Below are positions 40,694 through 50,584 of a stretch of DNA of 64,000 nt, piece after piece. Location of the stretch: NCBI GenBank assembly GCA_964449305.1, contig CAYUYM010000004.1:2305-66304 (forward strand), in the 5' to 3' direction. Both the position numbers and the translations under genes were made by a program. Within the stretch, counting starts at the first letter, position 1; the number at the start of each line of letters is the position of its first letter. The notes beneath the pieces were generated by a model. The model was not told where the DNA came from. It saw only the letters and a list, made by a program, of their open reading frames with translations, and did not search any database. The DNA comes from an uncultured Chromatiales bacterium. Its GTDB lineage: Bacteria; Bacteroidota; Ignavibacteria; SZUA-365; CAYQST01.

Positions 40694-40876
40694 ATGCGAA
40701 AGATCTTCACCTGCGCGTGGTGCTTCGAGGTGAACGTCATCGATGTCGATCTGTCGGTCGGCGACGATCAGGAGTACACCGAGGAATGCCAGGTCTGCAG
40801 CCGGCCCAACACGATCCGTGTGCATATCGACGAGGAGAACCGGCGTGTCGACGTGGAGAATGAGGAGGAGGGATGA
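40694..40876 (+). CDS. CPXCG-motif cysteine-rich zinc-ribbon protein (DUF/PF14255-like)
   Basis: 60 aa. C-x2-C ... C-x2-C arrangement (CAWCFEV ... ECQVCSRPNTI) and an acidic tail. AAGGAGG Shine-Dalgarno upstream. Confidence 0.65.
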   Translation: MRKIFTCAWCFEVNVIDVDLSVGDDQEYTEECQVCSRPNTIRVHIDEENRRVDVENEEEG

Positions 40877-40941
40877 ACACAGCATCCGGATGCGGGGGTT
40901 GTCCGGATTGATGCAGGACGAAAATTCGCCTATCTTCGGGC

Positions 40942-42321
40942 ATGAAACCCGAACACATTTTCGTTGTCGATGACGACATCACAACGCGCAGACTCCTGGA
41001 ACACAGCATCGCCAAGCTTTGGGGCTATCGCACCAGTGCCTTCTCCAACGGCGAGGAATGCATCGAGAATCTCGGCGAGCAACCGAGTCTCATCATCCTC
41101 GACATCATGATGGAGGGCATGACGGGCCTCGAAACACTGGAGCGGATCAAAGCCTACGATCCCCATCTCCCGGTCATCATGCTCTCGGCCCAGGAGAAGA
41201 TTGATGTAGCCGTGGAGACGATGAAGCTCGGTGCGAAGGACTACTTCACCAAGCCCGTCAACCTCAAGCGCCTCGAGTTCGCCATCCGCAATGCGCTGGA
41301 AACCTACCAGCTCGCGGGGCGCGTGCAGCAGCTCCAGGAGACGCTGGAACGCACCTTCCATTTCGACAACATCGTCACGAACTCGGGGGCCATGCAGAAT
41401 GTCCTGAAACTGGTGGACAAGGCCTGCAACAGCGACATCTCCGTGCTGATCGAGGGGGAATCGGGCACAGGCAAGGAGCTCATCGCGCGGGCGATCCATT
41501 TCAACGGCAGGCGGAGCCAGCGCCCCTTTGTGGTGGTGAACTGCGCCGCGATCCCGCGCGAACTGCTGGAGAGCGAGTTCTTCGGGCATGAACGCGGGGC
41601 CTTCACTGGTGCGGTGACCCGCAAGATCGGCAAGTTCGAGCAGGCCCACACCGGCACCATTTTTCTCGACGAGATCGGGGAGATGGAGGTGAGCCTCCAG
41701 GCCAAGCTCCTCCGCGTCATTCAACAGAAGCAGTTCGAGCGCGTCGGCGGCAACGAGGTGATCGAGACCGACGTGCGCATCATCTCAGCCACAAACCGGG
41801 ATCTGCGTCAGGCGTCGGAGGACAACCTCTTCCGCGAGGATCTCTACTACCGCGTCGCCACCTTCCCCATCAAGCTGCCGCCTCTGCGTGAGCGCCCGTC
41901 GGAAATCCCCCTGCTGGCCGAGCATTTCCTGCGCCTGTCGGAGCTCGCCGAGGGGCGTGAAGGCATGTCCATCGCCCCGGACGCACTTCAGGCGATGATG
42001 GCCTACCCCTGGCCAGGCAACATCCGCGAGCTGCGCAGCGTGATCGAGCGCGCCGTGCTCATCGCCGACAGCACCGTCATCACCGTGTCCGACCTCCCGA
42101 TGACGCTGCTCTCGCTGCGCAGGGAGCCCAGGCACGACGCGGGCCCGGTGCTGCGCTTCGCCAGCCGGTTCGACGTCGTCCCGCTCGAGCGCCTCAAGGC
42201 CGAGGCGGTGCGCCTCACGCTCCATCTCACCGACGGCAACATCGCCGAGTCGGCCAAGCTGCTCGACATCGGGCGCACCACTCTCTACGACCTCATGAAG
42301 CGCCACGGCCTGACCGCCTGA
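40942..42321 (+). CDS. Sigma-54-dependent Fis-family response regulator (NtrC-like: REC, AAA+ sigma-54 activator, HTH)
   Basis: REC domain with FVVDDD/ILDIMMEGM. Walker A GESGTGKE, GAFTGA sigma-54 contact motif, and a C-terminal Fis-type HTH. Confidence 0.92.
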   Translation: MKPEHIFVVDDDITTRRLLEHSIAKLWGYRTSAFSNGEECIENLGEQPSLIILDIMMEGMTGLETLERIKAYDPHLPVIMLSAQEKIDVAVETMKLGAKDYFTKPVNLKRLEFAIRNALETYQLAGRVQQLQETLERTFHFDNIVTNSGAMQNVLKLVDKACNSDISVLIEGESGTGKELIARAIHFNGRRSQRPFVVVNCAAIPRELLESEFFGHERGAFTGAVTRKIGKFEQAHTGTIFLDEIGEMEVSLQAKLLRVIQQKQFERVGGNEVIETDVRIISATNRDLRQASEDNLFREDLYYRVATFPIKLPPLRERPSEIPLLAEHFLRLSELAEGREGMSIAPDALQAMMAYPWPGNIRELRSVIERAVLIADSTVITVSDLPMTLLSLRREPRHDAGPVLRFASRFDVVPLERLKAEAVRLTLHLTDGNIAESAKLLDIGRTTLYDLMKRHGLTA

Positions 42322-42379
42322 AGGCCGCCATCCCCACCCGTCCACCAACCATCGTCGTTCCATGTCGCCTGCCTACTCC

Positions 42380-45325
42380 ATGACACGTGTGTGCATCGCG
42401 GCCGTGGTTCTCACCCTCCGTCTCGCAGCACAACCCGCCTCCTCCCTCACCAGCCATGTCAATCCGTTCATCGGCACCGGCGGGCATGGGCACACCTGGC
42501 CCGGCGCCGGCTGGCCCTTCGGCATGGTGCAGCTGAGTCCGGACACACGCGTCGAGGGCTGGGATGCCTGCGCCGGCTACCACGACAGCGACAACGCCAT
42601 TCTCGGGTTCAGCCACACCCACCTCAGCGGCACCGGCGTGCCGGACTACGGCGACATCCTCCTCATGCCGCTCGCCGGCGACAAGATCCAGTGGTTCCGC
42701 AACAAGAGGCTCGACCGCAAGGCCGTCGCCGCACGCTTCAGTCACGAGAACGAGTCCGCCTCGCCGGGGTACTACTCCGTCACCCTTCAGAACAAAATCC
42801 GGGCCGAGCTCACCGTGACACCCCGCACCGGTGCGCACCGCTATTCCTACCCCCGGGGCCAGCGCCCCGCTGTGTTCATCGACCTCGCCCACGGCCTCGG
42901 TCCCGATGTGGTGAAGGAGGCCGCGTTCATGCTCACCAGCCCCACCGAGGTGGTCGGCCGGCGCATCTCGAGCGGCTGGGCGAAGGAGCAGCACGTCTAC
43001 TTCGTGATCCGCTTCTCCGCAGACATCGTGGACGGCTTCCTCTACCGCAACCGCGAATACGTCAGCAGGAAGGACTCCATCTCGGGCACCGACATCGCCG
43101 CCGTCCTGCGCTTCGACGCCCGCACCGACAGCGTGCTCCAGGTGGCCGTCGGCATCTCGTCGGTGAGCATCGACAACGCCCGCATGAACCTTGACCGCGA
43201 GCAACCCCGCTGGGCCTTTGCCGCGCTCCGCGGGCAGGCGGACAAGGCATGGGAGCGCGAACTCGGACGCATCCGCGTGGAGGGTGGCACGCCCGAGGAG
43301 ATGACGACCTTCACCACCGCGCTCTATCACACCATGCTCACACCCAATCTCGCCAGCGATGTGGACGGACGCTACCGTGGCATGGACGGACGCATCCACA
43401 CGGCACGGGGCTTCGACATGTACTCCGTCTTTTCCCTGTGGGACACGTTCCGCGCCGAGCACCCGCTTCTCACCCTCATCGATCCGCAGCGCACGGGTGA
43501 CTTCGTTGCCTCGCTCCTCGCGCGGTATGATGAATCCGGCGCGCTGCCGGTGTGGGAGCTTGCGGCCAACGAGACCTGGTGCATGATCGGCTACCATTCC
43601 GTGCCCGTCATCGTCGATGCATGGATGAAGGGTGTGCGCGGCTTCGACGCCGGCAGGGCGCTGCGGGCCATGATCGCCAGTGCATCGCTCGACCATTTTG
43701 GCATGGCAGCCTATCGGCGGCATGGTTTCATCCCCGGCGAGCTGGAATCCGAATCCGTGTCCAAGACGCTGGAATACGCCTACGACGACTGGTGCATTGC
43801 ACGCTTCGCGGCAGCCATGAAACGCGACCGGGAGGCGCGCATCTTTCTTGAGCGCTCGCTGAGCTGGCGCAATGTGTTCGATCCGGTCACGGGCTTCATG
43901 CGGCCGCGCATGAATGGCGGCTGGGACACGCCGTTCGATCCGGCCATGGTGAACCACCACTTCACCGAGGCCAACAGCTGGCAGTACAGCTTCTTCGTCC
44001 CGCACGACGTGCAGGGCCTCATGCGCCTCATGGGCGGAAGGGCGCGCCTGCTCACGAAGCTCGACTCCCTTTTCTCCACCTCCGACAAGCTCACCGGCAG
44101 GCAGCAGGCCGACATCACCGGCCTCGTGGGGCAGTATGCACAGGGGAACGAACCGAGCCATCACGTCGCCTACCTGTTCGCGCTCGCCGGTGCGCCGTGG
44201 AAGACGCAGGCCATGGTGCGGCACATCATGGCCACGCTCTACACGCCCGCCCCCGACGGCCTCTGCGGCAACGACGACTGCGGCCAGATGTCCGCGTGGT
44301 ATGTGATGAGCGCGCTCGGGTTCTATCCCGTGACGCCCGGCACCACGGATTACGTCATCGGCAGCCCCCTCTTCCGGTCCGCCACCATTTCACTTCCCAA
44401 CCGGAAGAGCTTCGTGATCGAGGCCCCGGACAACGGGCCGCAGAACGTCCACATCGGATCGGCCACCCTCAACGGCGTCCCTCATCCCACATCCCTGCTG
44501 TCGCACGAGGCCATCGTGAACGGCGGTCGGCTCACACTCGCCATGCAGCCCGCCCCCGACACGCTCCGCTCCACGTCGGAAGCCGACTGCCCCGTCACCA
44601 GTGTGGACCTGCCATACGCCGCGGCCCCCGTCATCAGCGCACCGAGGCGCGTGTTCCAGGATTCGGTGCAGGTCTCCATCACGGGGGCGGGCAACATCAG
44701 CTGGGCGATCGACGGCGACCCCACAATGCCCGGTGCGCAGGCCTACCGCGAGCCCTTCACCGTGAACCGCACCTGCACCGTGTCGGCCGTCGTGCTCGGC
44801 TCCATGGGGGAGGTGAGCCACGTGACGACAGCCTCCTTCCTGCGGCACGTTCCCATCGGCACCATCGCCCTGCAGACGCGTTACAAGCCGCAGTACACCG
44901 CGGGGGGCGACAATGCCCTGATCGATGGTGTGCGTGGTGGTGTGGATTTCCGCACAGGCACCTGGCAGGGATACGAGGGGGACGACCTCATCGCCGTGGT
45001 GGATCTCGGCACCGGGACGACCATCGACAGCGTGTCGCTCGGCTGCCTGCAGGACAACAACTCCTGGATCTTTTTCCCGACGCAGATCCAGTTCTCCTTC
45101 TCCACCGATGGGACGCAGTTTGCGCAGCCGCAGTCGGTGCGCATTGATGTGGATCCAAAGGCCGGGGGGGCGCTCATCCGCGAAGCACGGGCGGCGACAC
45201 CCGGCGTGCATGCGCGGTATGTGAAGGTGTTCGCGAAGAACATGCGCACCTGCCCGGCATGGCACAAGGGCGCCGGCGGCCCGGCATGGCTCTTCGTGGA
45301 CGAGCTCACCATCCACGCCCGGTGA
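42380..45325 (+). CDS. GH92-family alpha-1,2-mannosidase with a C-terminal F5/8-type-C (discoidin)-like domain
   Basis: Signal peptide. The N-terminal GH92 block NPFIGTGGHGHTWPGAGWPFGMVQLSPDT is highly diagnostic. The extra ~150-aa C-terminal beta-sandwich has discoidin-like hallmarks. Confidence 0.9.
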   Translation: MTRVCIAAVVLTLRLAAQPASSLTSHVNPFIGTGGHGHTWPGAGWPFGMVQLSPDTRVEGWDACAGYHDSDNAILGFSHTHLSGTGVPDYGDILLMPLAGDKIQWFRNKRLDRKAVAARFSHENESASPGYYSVTLQNKIRAELTVTPRTGAHRYSYPRGQRPAVFIDLAHGLGPDVVKEAAFMLTSPTEVVGRRISSGWAKEQHVYFVIRFSADIVDGFLYRNREYVSRKDSISGTDIAAVLRFDARTDSVLQVAVGISSVSIDNARMNLDREQPRWAFAALRGQADKAWERELGRIRVEGGTPEEMTTFTTALYHTMLTPNLASDVDGRYRGMDGRIHTARGFDMYSVFSLWDTFRAEHPLLTLIDPQRTGDFVASLLARYDESGALPVWELAANETWCMIGYHSVPVIVDAWMKGVRGFDAGRALRAMIASASLDHFGMAAYRRHGFIPGELESESVSKTLEYAYDDWCIARFAAAMKRDREARIFLERSLSWRNVFDPVTGFMRPRMNGGWDTPFDPAMVNHHFTEANSWQYSFFVPHDVQGLMRLMGGRARLLTKLDSLFSTSDKLTGRQQADITGLVGQYAQGNEPSHHVAYLFALAGAPWKTQAMVRHIMATLYTPAPDGLCGNDDCGQMSAWYVMSALGFYPVTPGTTDYVIGSPLFRSATISLPNRKSFVIEAPDNGPQNVHIGSATLNGVPHPTSLLSHEAIVNGGRLTLAMQPAPDTLRSTSEADCPVTSVDLPYAAAPVISAPRRVFQDSVQVSITGAGNISWAIDGDPTMPGAQAYREPFTVNRTCTVSAVVLGSMGEVSHVTTASFLRHVPIGTIALQTRYKPQYTAGGDNALIDGVRGGVDFRTGTWQGYEGDDLIAVVDLGTGTTIDSVSLGCLQDNNSWIFFPTQIQFSFSTDGTQFAQPQSVRIDVDPKAGGALIREARAATPGVHARYVKVFAKNMRTCPAWHKGAGGPAWLFVDELTIHAR

Positions 45326-45331
45326 TCCATC

Positions 45332-48300
45332 GTGGACCGCAGGAGCTTCCTCAAACGGACGACGACCGGGCTTGCCGCGGCGGGCCTGCTGAAGCCATTC
45401 GCCGCGGCCGCCGACACGGGTGAAGCGGACGCATCGCCCCCTGCACGCATCGCGCTGTTCCACGACCCCGGCTTTCCCACGGTGGATGGCTGCGTCACCG
45501 CGGCCGTGCTGCATGAGGCGCTCGGCGGGATGGACGTCCAGAGGCTCGACGCGCAGAGTCTGCGCACGCGCCTGACACCAGCGGCCTTCGACATCCTGGT
45601 GATGGCGCACGGCTCCGCCTTTCCGCTTTCCGCCTCCGACACCGTGCATGCCTTCCTCGCCGCGGGCGGGAGCTGGGTCCAGCTCGGCGGCGTCCCGCTT
45701 GCGCGTCCCGTGCGGCGCCGACGCGGCGCCTGGCGGGTGGATGACGCGACCGTGGTGCATCACCGCCGGCTCGGCATCACGCAGTCAGACACCGTTGACG
45801 TGACGTCCATCATGCAGGCCACCGTGGATCCGCTGCTGCCCCAGGGGCACGACGGGGCGTGGAATCCCATCCGCGTCTTTCCTCTCCAGTGCATCCTCAC
45901 CGAGGGGAGACACTTCCCGGACGAGGACGGCAGCGACGGCCCCCGCCACGCGCTCATCCGCCCGCTCGTGTCGCTCGCAGGCCCCGATGCGCGCAGCCTC
46001 GCCGCGCCGGTCGTGCTCATCGACCGCATCGCCGGGCACTTCGAGGGGGGACGCTGGGTCATCGCCGGCTACGAGGGCGCCATGTCGCCATCATGTCTGC
46101 GGGCCCTGCTTCGCATCGCCACCGACAGCCCCATCGACGCGCGCATCGCGCCGACCTACGCCTGCCATCACGCGGGAGAGACGCCCGGTGTCCACGTGAC
46201 CGCGTCGCTCCACGGACGGCGGGCGCTGTCACAGAGCGGCGATGCGCACATCACCGTGACCGATGAGGCGGGCCGTGTGCTGTGGACGCACGCGGTGTCC
46301 CTCGCACGCCGGCGTCAGCCGGGCCGTGTGATGTTCGAGGCGTCCGTGGCCCTGCCAGCGACGCTGGCCGCGCAGCTCGCCCCGGGGTACCACGAGGTGG
46401 ACTGCCGCATCGATCTGCGCCAGCCCGACGCAGACACGCGTGTGACGCGCTGCACGACGGGCTTCTGGATGGAGGACGCGGTGCTGTTCGCCTCGGGCTC
46501 CCCCGTGCGAATGGGGCATGACATGTTTGAGCGCGACGGCGCGCCCTTTCTTGTGACGGGCACAACGTACATGGCCGGCGATGTGCACCGGCGCTTCCTG
46601 CTGGATCCGAACCCGGCGGTGTGGATGCGTGACATGGCTGCGATGACGGCCGCGGGCGTCACCATGCTCCGTACCGGCATCTGGACGGGGTGGCGACTCC
46701 ACGCCGCAAACAACGGGCAGCCGCACGAGGCGGTGCTGCGTGCCTTGGAGGCCTTCATCCTCACCTGCCGCAGGCACGACCTGCCGCTGATCTTCACGTT
46801 CTTCTCCTTCCTCCCCGAGGCCTTCGGCGGCGACAACGCCTTCCTCGATCCGCGCGCCGTGGAGGGACAGAGCCGCTTTGTGCGCGGCATCGTGGAGCGC
46901 TGTCGCACGGCCCCCACGCTCCTGTGGGACTTCATCAACGAGCCCTCGTTCTGCTCGCCGAAAAAGCTGTGGCAGTGCCGCCCCAACGGTGACCGCCACG
47001 AGGTGGCAGCATGGAACGCCTGGCTGGCACGGCGCCACCCCGCCGAATCCGATCAGGAGCGTGCGGAGGACATCGGCACGTCCTGGGGCTGCCTCACCTC
47101 ATTGCCCGCCACCCTGCCCGATGAGGCCGACTTCAACGACGCCAACCTGCTCTGCCGGCGGCATCCGTTCAAGGCCCTGGACTACCGCCTCTTTGCGCAG
47201 CACGCCTTCACCGCATGGGCGGCAACCATGGCCGCCATCGTGCGCCGACACGGGCATCCGGAGCAGACCGTCACCGTTGGGCAGGACGAGGGTGGCACGC
47301 TGGAGCGCCCATCACCACAGTTCCACGCCGATGCGGTGGACTTCACCTGCGTCCACAATTGGTGGTTCAACACGGACCTCGTGTGGGACAGCGTGATGAC
47401 GGGTGTTCCGGGAAAACCGCACCTGGTGGAGGAGACGGGGGCGATGATGTATGAGACGATGGATGGAATGCCGTGGAGAAGCGGGGAGGAGGTGTCCGCC
47501 CTTGTGGAGCGGAAGTTCATGATCTCCGCCTTCGTCAATGGAAGCGGCTTTGTCCAGTGGTGCTGGAACACGAACGTGTACATGGATTCCGACAATGAAG
47601 CGGCGATCGGCTTCCTGCGCGCCGATGGTTCGGCCAAGCCGGAGCTGCATGCGTTCATGCGCTTCGCCGCCTTTGCCGCGCGCATCGCCCCGCATCTGCG
47701 CGGAGCACGGAGGGATGATGTGCTCATGGTGATCCCGCATGCCAACATGTTCGCCACACGGAGCACGGCCATGGAGGCCACGCGGCGCGCCGTGCGCACC
47801 ATGTGGCATGACTGCGGCATCCCGATGGCCGCCATCTCGGAGTACCGCGTCGCAGCGCTGACGGAGTCACCACGGTTGTTCATCGTCCCCGCACCGCGTC
47901 TCATCAACGCCGCGGCATGGGAGGCGCTGCTCGGCTTCGTCTCGCGCGGGGCCGCACTGCTCCTCACCGGGCCGCTCGACCGCGACGACCACGGGCGCCC
48001 GGCGCGTCTGCTGGAGATGGCCGGGCTCACGGCCTCCACGGCCCGCGTCGGTGCCATGGAGGAGCTGCACATCGGCGGTGTGCGCCATCTGCTGCCCTAC
48101 ACGGGTGAGAAGGTGCACCGCATCGAGAGGGGCGTGGACGGCCCCGTGGCGCTGGTGCGCAGCGTGTCGCATGGAGGGGGGCGCATCATCTGGTCGCCGC
48201 TTCCCGTGGAGCTTTCCGATGCCACGGAGCCGACAACAGCGCTGTACCGCCTTGCGCTGAAGGAGGCGGGCATCGAACCCGCGTTTCGCATCACGCCGGC

Positions 48301-48499
48301 CGTGCCGATCCTCGTCATCCCCCACAGCCACGACGGAGCGATGCTTTATGCCCTCGTGTCGGAGAGTGCGGAGGATGCCGACATCGAGCTCACCGACGCC
48401 GCCACAGGCTCAACGCACAGCATCCGCGTCCCCGCGCGGCGCACCGCCTGCGTCATCATCGACCGGACCACCGGCGCGGAGCTCGCCCGGCTGGGGTGA
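45332..48499 (+). CDS. Tat-exported clan GH-A (GH5/GH42-like TIM-barrel) glycoside hydrolase with an N-terminal ~390-aa domain and a GH42-type trimerisation-like domain
   Basis: Twin-arginine motif DRRSFLKR directly after a GTG start. Acid/base region LLWDFINEP (clan GH-A NEP). C-terminal LFIVPAPRLINAAAWEALLGFVSRGAALLLTG resembles the class-I glutamine-amidotransferase-like domain of GH42. Confidence 0.75.
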   Translation: MDRRSFLKRTTTGLAAAGLLKPFAAAADTGEADASPPARIALFHDPGFPTVDGCVTAAVLHEALGGMDVQRLDAQSLRTRLTPAAFDILVMAHGSAFPLSASDTVHAFLAAGGSWVQLGGVPLARPVRRRRGAWRVDDATVVHHRRLGITQSDTVDVTSIMQATVDPLLPQGHDGAWNPIRVFPLQCILTEGRHFPDEDGSDGPRHALIRPLVSLAGPDARSLAAPVVLIDRIAGHFEGGRWVIAGYEGAMSPSCLRALLRIATDSPIDARIAPTYACHHAGETPGVHVTASLHGRRALSQSGDAHITVTDEAGRVLWTHAVSLARRRQPGRVMFEASVALPATLAAQLAPGYHEVDCRIDLRQPDADTRVTRCTTGFWMEDAVLFASGSPVRMGHDMFERDGAPFLVTGTTYMAGDVHRRFLLDPNPAVWMRDMAAMTAAGVTMLRTGIWTGWRLHAANNGQPHEAVLRALEAFILTCRRHDLPLIFTFFSFLPEAFGGDNAFLDPRAVEGQSRFVRGIVERCRTAPTLLWDFINEPSFCSPKKLWQCRPNGDRHEVAAWNAWLARRHPAESDQERAEDIGTSWGCLTSLPATLPDEADFNDANLLCRRHPFKALDYRLFAQHAFTAWAATMAAIVRRHGHPEQTVTVGQDEGGTLERPSPQFHADAVDFTCVHNWWFNTDLVWDSVMTGVPGKPHLVEETGAMMYETMDGMPWRSGEEVSALVERKFMISAFVNGSGFVQWCWNTNVYMDSDNEAAIGFLRADGSAKPELHAFMRFAAFAARIAPHLRGARRDDVLMVIPHANMFATRSTAMEATRRAVRTMWHDCGIPMAAISEYRVAALTESPRLFIVPAPRLINAAAWEALLGFVSRGAALLLTGPLDRDDHGRPARLLEMAGLTASTARVGAMEELHIGGVRHLLPYTGEKVHRIERGVDGPVALVRSVSHGGGRIIWSPLPVELSDATEPTTALYRLALKEAGIEPAFRITPAVPILVIPHSHDGAMLYALVSESAEDADIELTDAATGSTHSIRVPARRTACVIIDRTTGAELARLG

Positions 48500-48707
48500 A
48501 GGGGCCAGGGAGGGGCCCGGAGAATGACGAATGGGCGGGGGAGGGGCACGACAGGTTCTTTCCGCCCTTGTGATGAAGGAATCATCCTGCCCATCGTGTC
48601 TGACTTCAGACCACGGCAGTCCCCACCAGCACTTCTCCACCTTGCGTGTCGGAAGGGGATTGCCTACCTTCGGGCATTCCGTTGACATCCCCATCTCCGG
48701 AGGCCCC

Positions 48708-49703
48708 ATGCGACGTAGAACCTTCCTTTCAACCGCGGCATGCGCAGGCGCCGCGGCGATGACCGGCGGACTGACCCGCGTGGGCAGGGCGCTCGCGGCG
48801 CCCGCTCCACGTCCCGCCACCGGTCGCCCGGTCGTCATCTCCACCTGGGACTACGGCAACGCCGTCACGGAGACGGCGTGGGACATCCTCCGCCGCGGCG
48901 GGAGCGCACTCGATGCCGTCGAGGCTGCTGTGCGCATTCCCGAGGCGGACCCGAAGGTGACCTCCGTCGGCTTTGGTGGTTTGCCGGACAGGGATGGCCG
49001 CGTCACCCTCGATGCCTCCATCATGGACGGCGATCTCCGCTGCGGGTCCGTCGTCTTCCTCGAGCACATCATGCACCCTGTTTCCGTCGCCCGCCTCGTG
49101 ATGGAGAAGACACCGCATGTCATGCTCGCGGGCGAGGGCGCGCTGCAGTTCGCGCTCGCCAACGGCTTCCCGCGGGAGAACCTCCTCACCCCCGAGGCCG
49201 GGGCAGCATGGAAGGCCTGGCGCAGCACGGGCGGCGGGCACCCAGCGCCCCCACCGGGCGACAACCATGACACCATCGGCCTCCTCGCCATCGATGCACG
49301 GGGCCGCATGGCGGGGGCATGCACCACGTCGGGGCTCCGATGGAAGATCCACGGCCGTGTGGGCGACTCCCCCATCATTGGTGCCGGCCTGTATGTGGAC
49401 AACGAGGCCGGAGCCGCCACTGCCACCGGCATCGGCGAGTCTGTGATCCGCATCGCCGGCAGCTTCCTCATTGTCGAGTACATGCGCAATGGGAAGTCAC
49501 CTGAGGAGGCCATCCGCCTCACCATCGAACGCCTGCTCCGCCGCCAACCCTGGTACTCAGACCCCGCCGACTTCATCGCCGGTTTCATCGCAATGAACAC
49601 GCACGGCGACGTCGCTGCCATGAGCTGCAACAAGGGGCTTCAGTACTCCCTCAACACCGACGGCAGGAACACCGTGCACGACGCGCCCTTCGTGAAACGC
49701 TGA
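48708..49703 (+). CDS. N4-(beta-N-acetylglucosaminyl)-L-asparaginase (glycosylasparaginase), Ntn-hydrolase / plant-type asparaginase family
   Basis: Tat signal MRRRTFLSTAACAGAAAM. Autoproteolytic and nucleophile region NHDTIGLLAID, GAGLYVDNEAGAATATG. Confidence 0.88.
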   Translation: MRRRTFLSTAACAGAAAMTGGLTRVGRALAAPAPRPATGRPVVISTWDYGNAVTETAWDILRRGGSALDAVEAAVRIPEADPKVTSVGFGGLPDRDGRVTLDASIMDGDLRCGSVVFLEHIMHPVSVARLVMEKTPHVMLAGEGALQFALANGFPRENLLTPEAGAAWKAWRSTGGGHPAPPPGDNHDTIGLLAIDARGRMAGACTTSGLRWKIHGRVGDSPIIGAGLYVDNEAGAATATGIGESVIRIAGSFLIVEYMRNGKSPEEAIRLTIERLLRRQPWYSDPADFIAGFIAMNTHGDVAAMSCNKGLQYSLNTDGRNTVHDAPFVKR

Positions 49704-49742
49704 CCACCCCCATTTCCATCACCCTCATCTCCGACGCACACC

Positions 49743-50555
49743 ATGAAACCGCTCCTCCCCCTGCTCGCCGTCGTCACCGCTCTCATCCTCATCTCCTGCT
49801 CCGACGACAGCACATCGCCCGACATCCATCTCCCCGCCGAGTTGCTGCGCGCCGTGCAGCTGGTGGACATGGCACTCGACACGCTGGAGGAGGCAGACAT
49901 CCTCGCCGCCTCCCAGCTCGCCACAGTCCTGCCCGACACGGTGGCGGCACGGCCCATCCTCCAAGCTGCCGTCGCGAAATCCCCGCTGGACATCGAGTAC
50001 GCCTTCATCACCACGCAGGGCATCATGCAGGTGGTGGAGCCGGCACGCTACCTCCACGTGCAGGGTTCCGACATCAGCGGGCAGGAGCACATCATCCGGC
50101 TGTTCCAGACACGCCAGCCGGTGTTGAGCGCCACCTTCCGCGCGGTGGAGGGCTTCCACGCCGCGGTCATGGCGCACCCGGTGCTCAAGGGGACGTCGTT
50201 GCTCGGCGGGGTCACCGCGCTCTTCTTCCCCGGGGAGCTGATCCACCGCGTGATCAGCCCACTCATCACAGACAAGAGCTGGGAGATATGGGTGATGGAG
50301 AAGGGCGGCCGTGTGCTCTGGGATCAGGACAGCGCCGAGATCGGCCTCAACGTCATCACGGACTCGCTGTACCAGCCGTTCACGGACCTTGTGCGAGCGG
50401 CGAAGGAGATCGACAGCACTCCATCGGGGCGCACGGAATACACGTTCTTCTCCGCCGGCAGCACCATTCCCGTCCGCAAGCTCACCTACTGGGCCACCAT
50501 CGTGGAATACGGCATGGAATGGAAGGTGGTGTGGGTGAAGCCGATCATCGAGTGA
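49743..50555 (+). CDS. Hypothetical lipoprotein
   Basis: Lipobox LILISCSDD. 270 aa. No family recognised; co-oriented with the glycan locus. Confidence 0.6.
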   Translation: MKPLLPLLAVVTALILISCSDDSTSPDIHLPAELLRAVQLVDMALDTLEEADILAASQLATVLPDTVAARPILQAAVAKSPLDIEYAFITTQGIMQVVEPARYLHVQGSDISGQEHIIRLFQTRQPVLSATFRAVEGFHAAVMAHPVLKGTSLLGGVTALFFPGELIHRVISPLITDKSWEIWVMEKGGRVLWDQDSAEIGLNVITDSLYQPFTDLVRAAKEIDSTPSGRTEYTFFSAGSTIPVRKLTYWATIVEYGMEWKVVWVKPIIE

Positions 50556-50584
50556 GGATGGAGTGACGCATCACCTGGCGCCGG

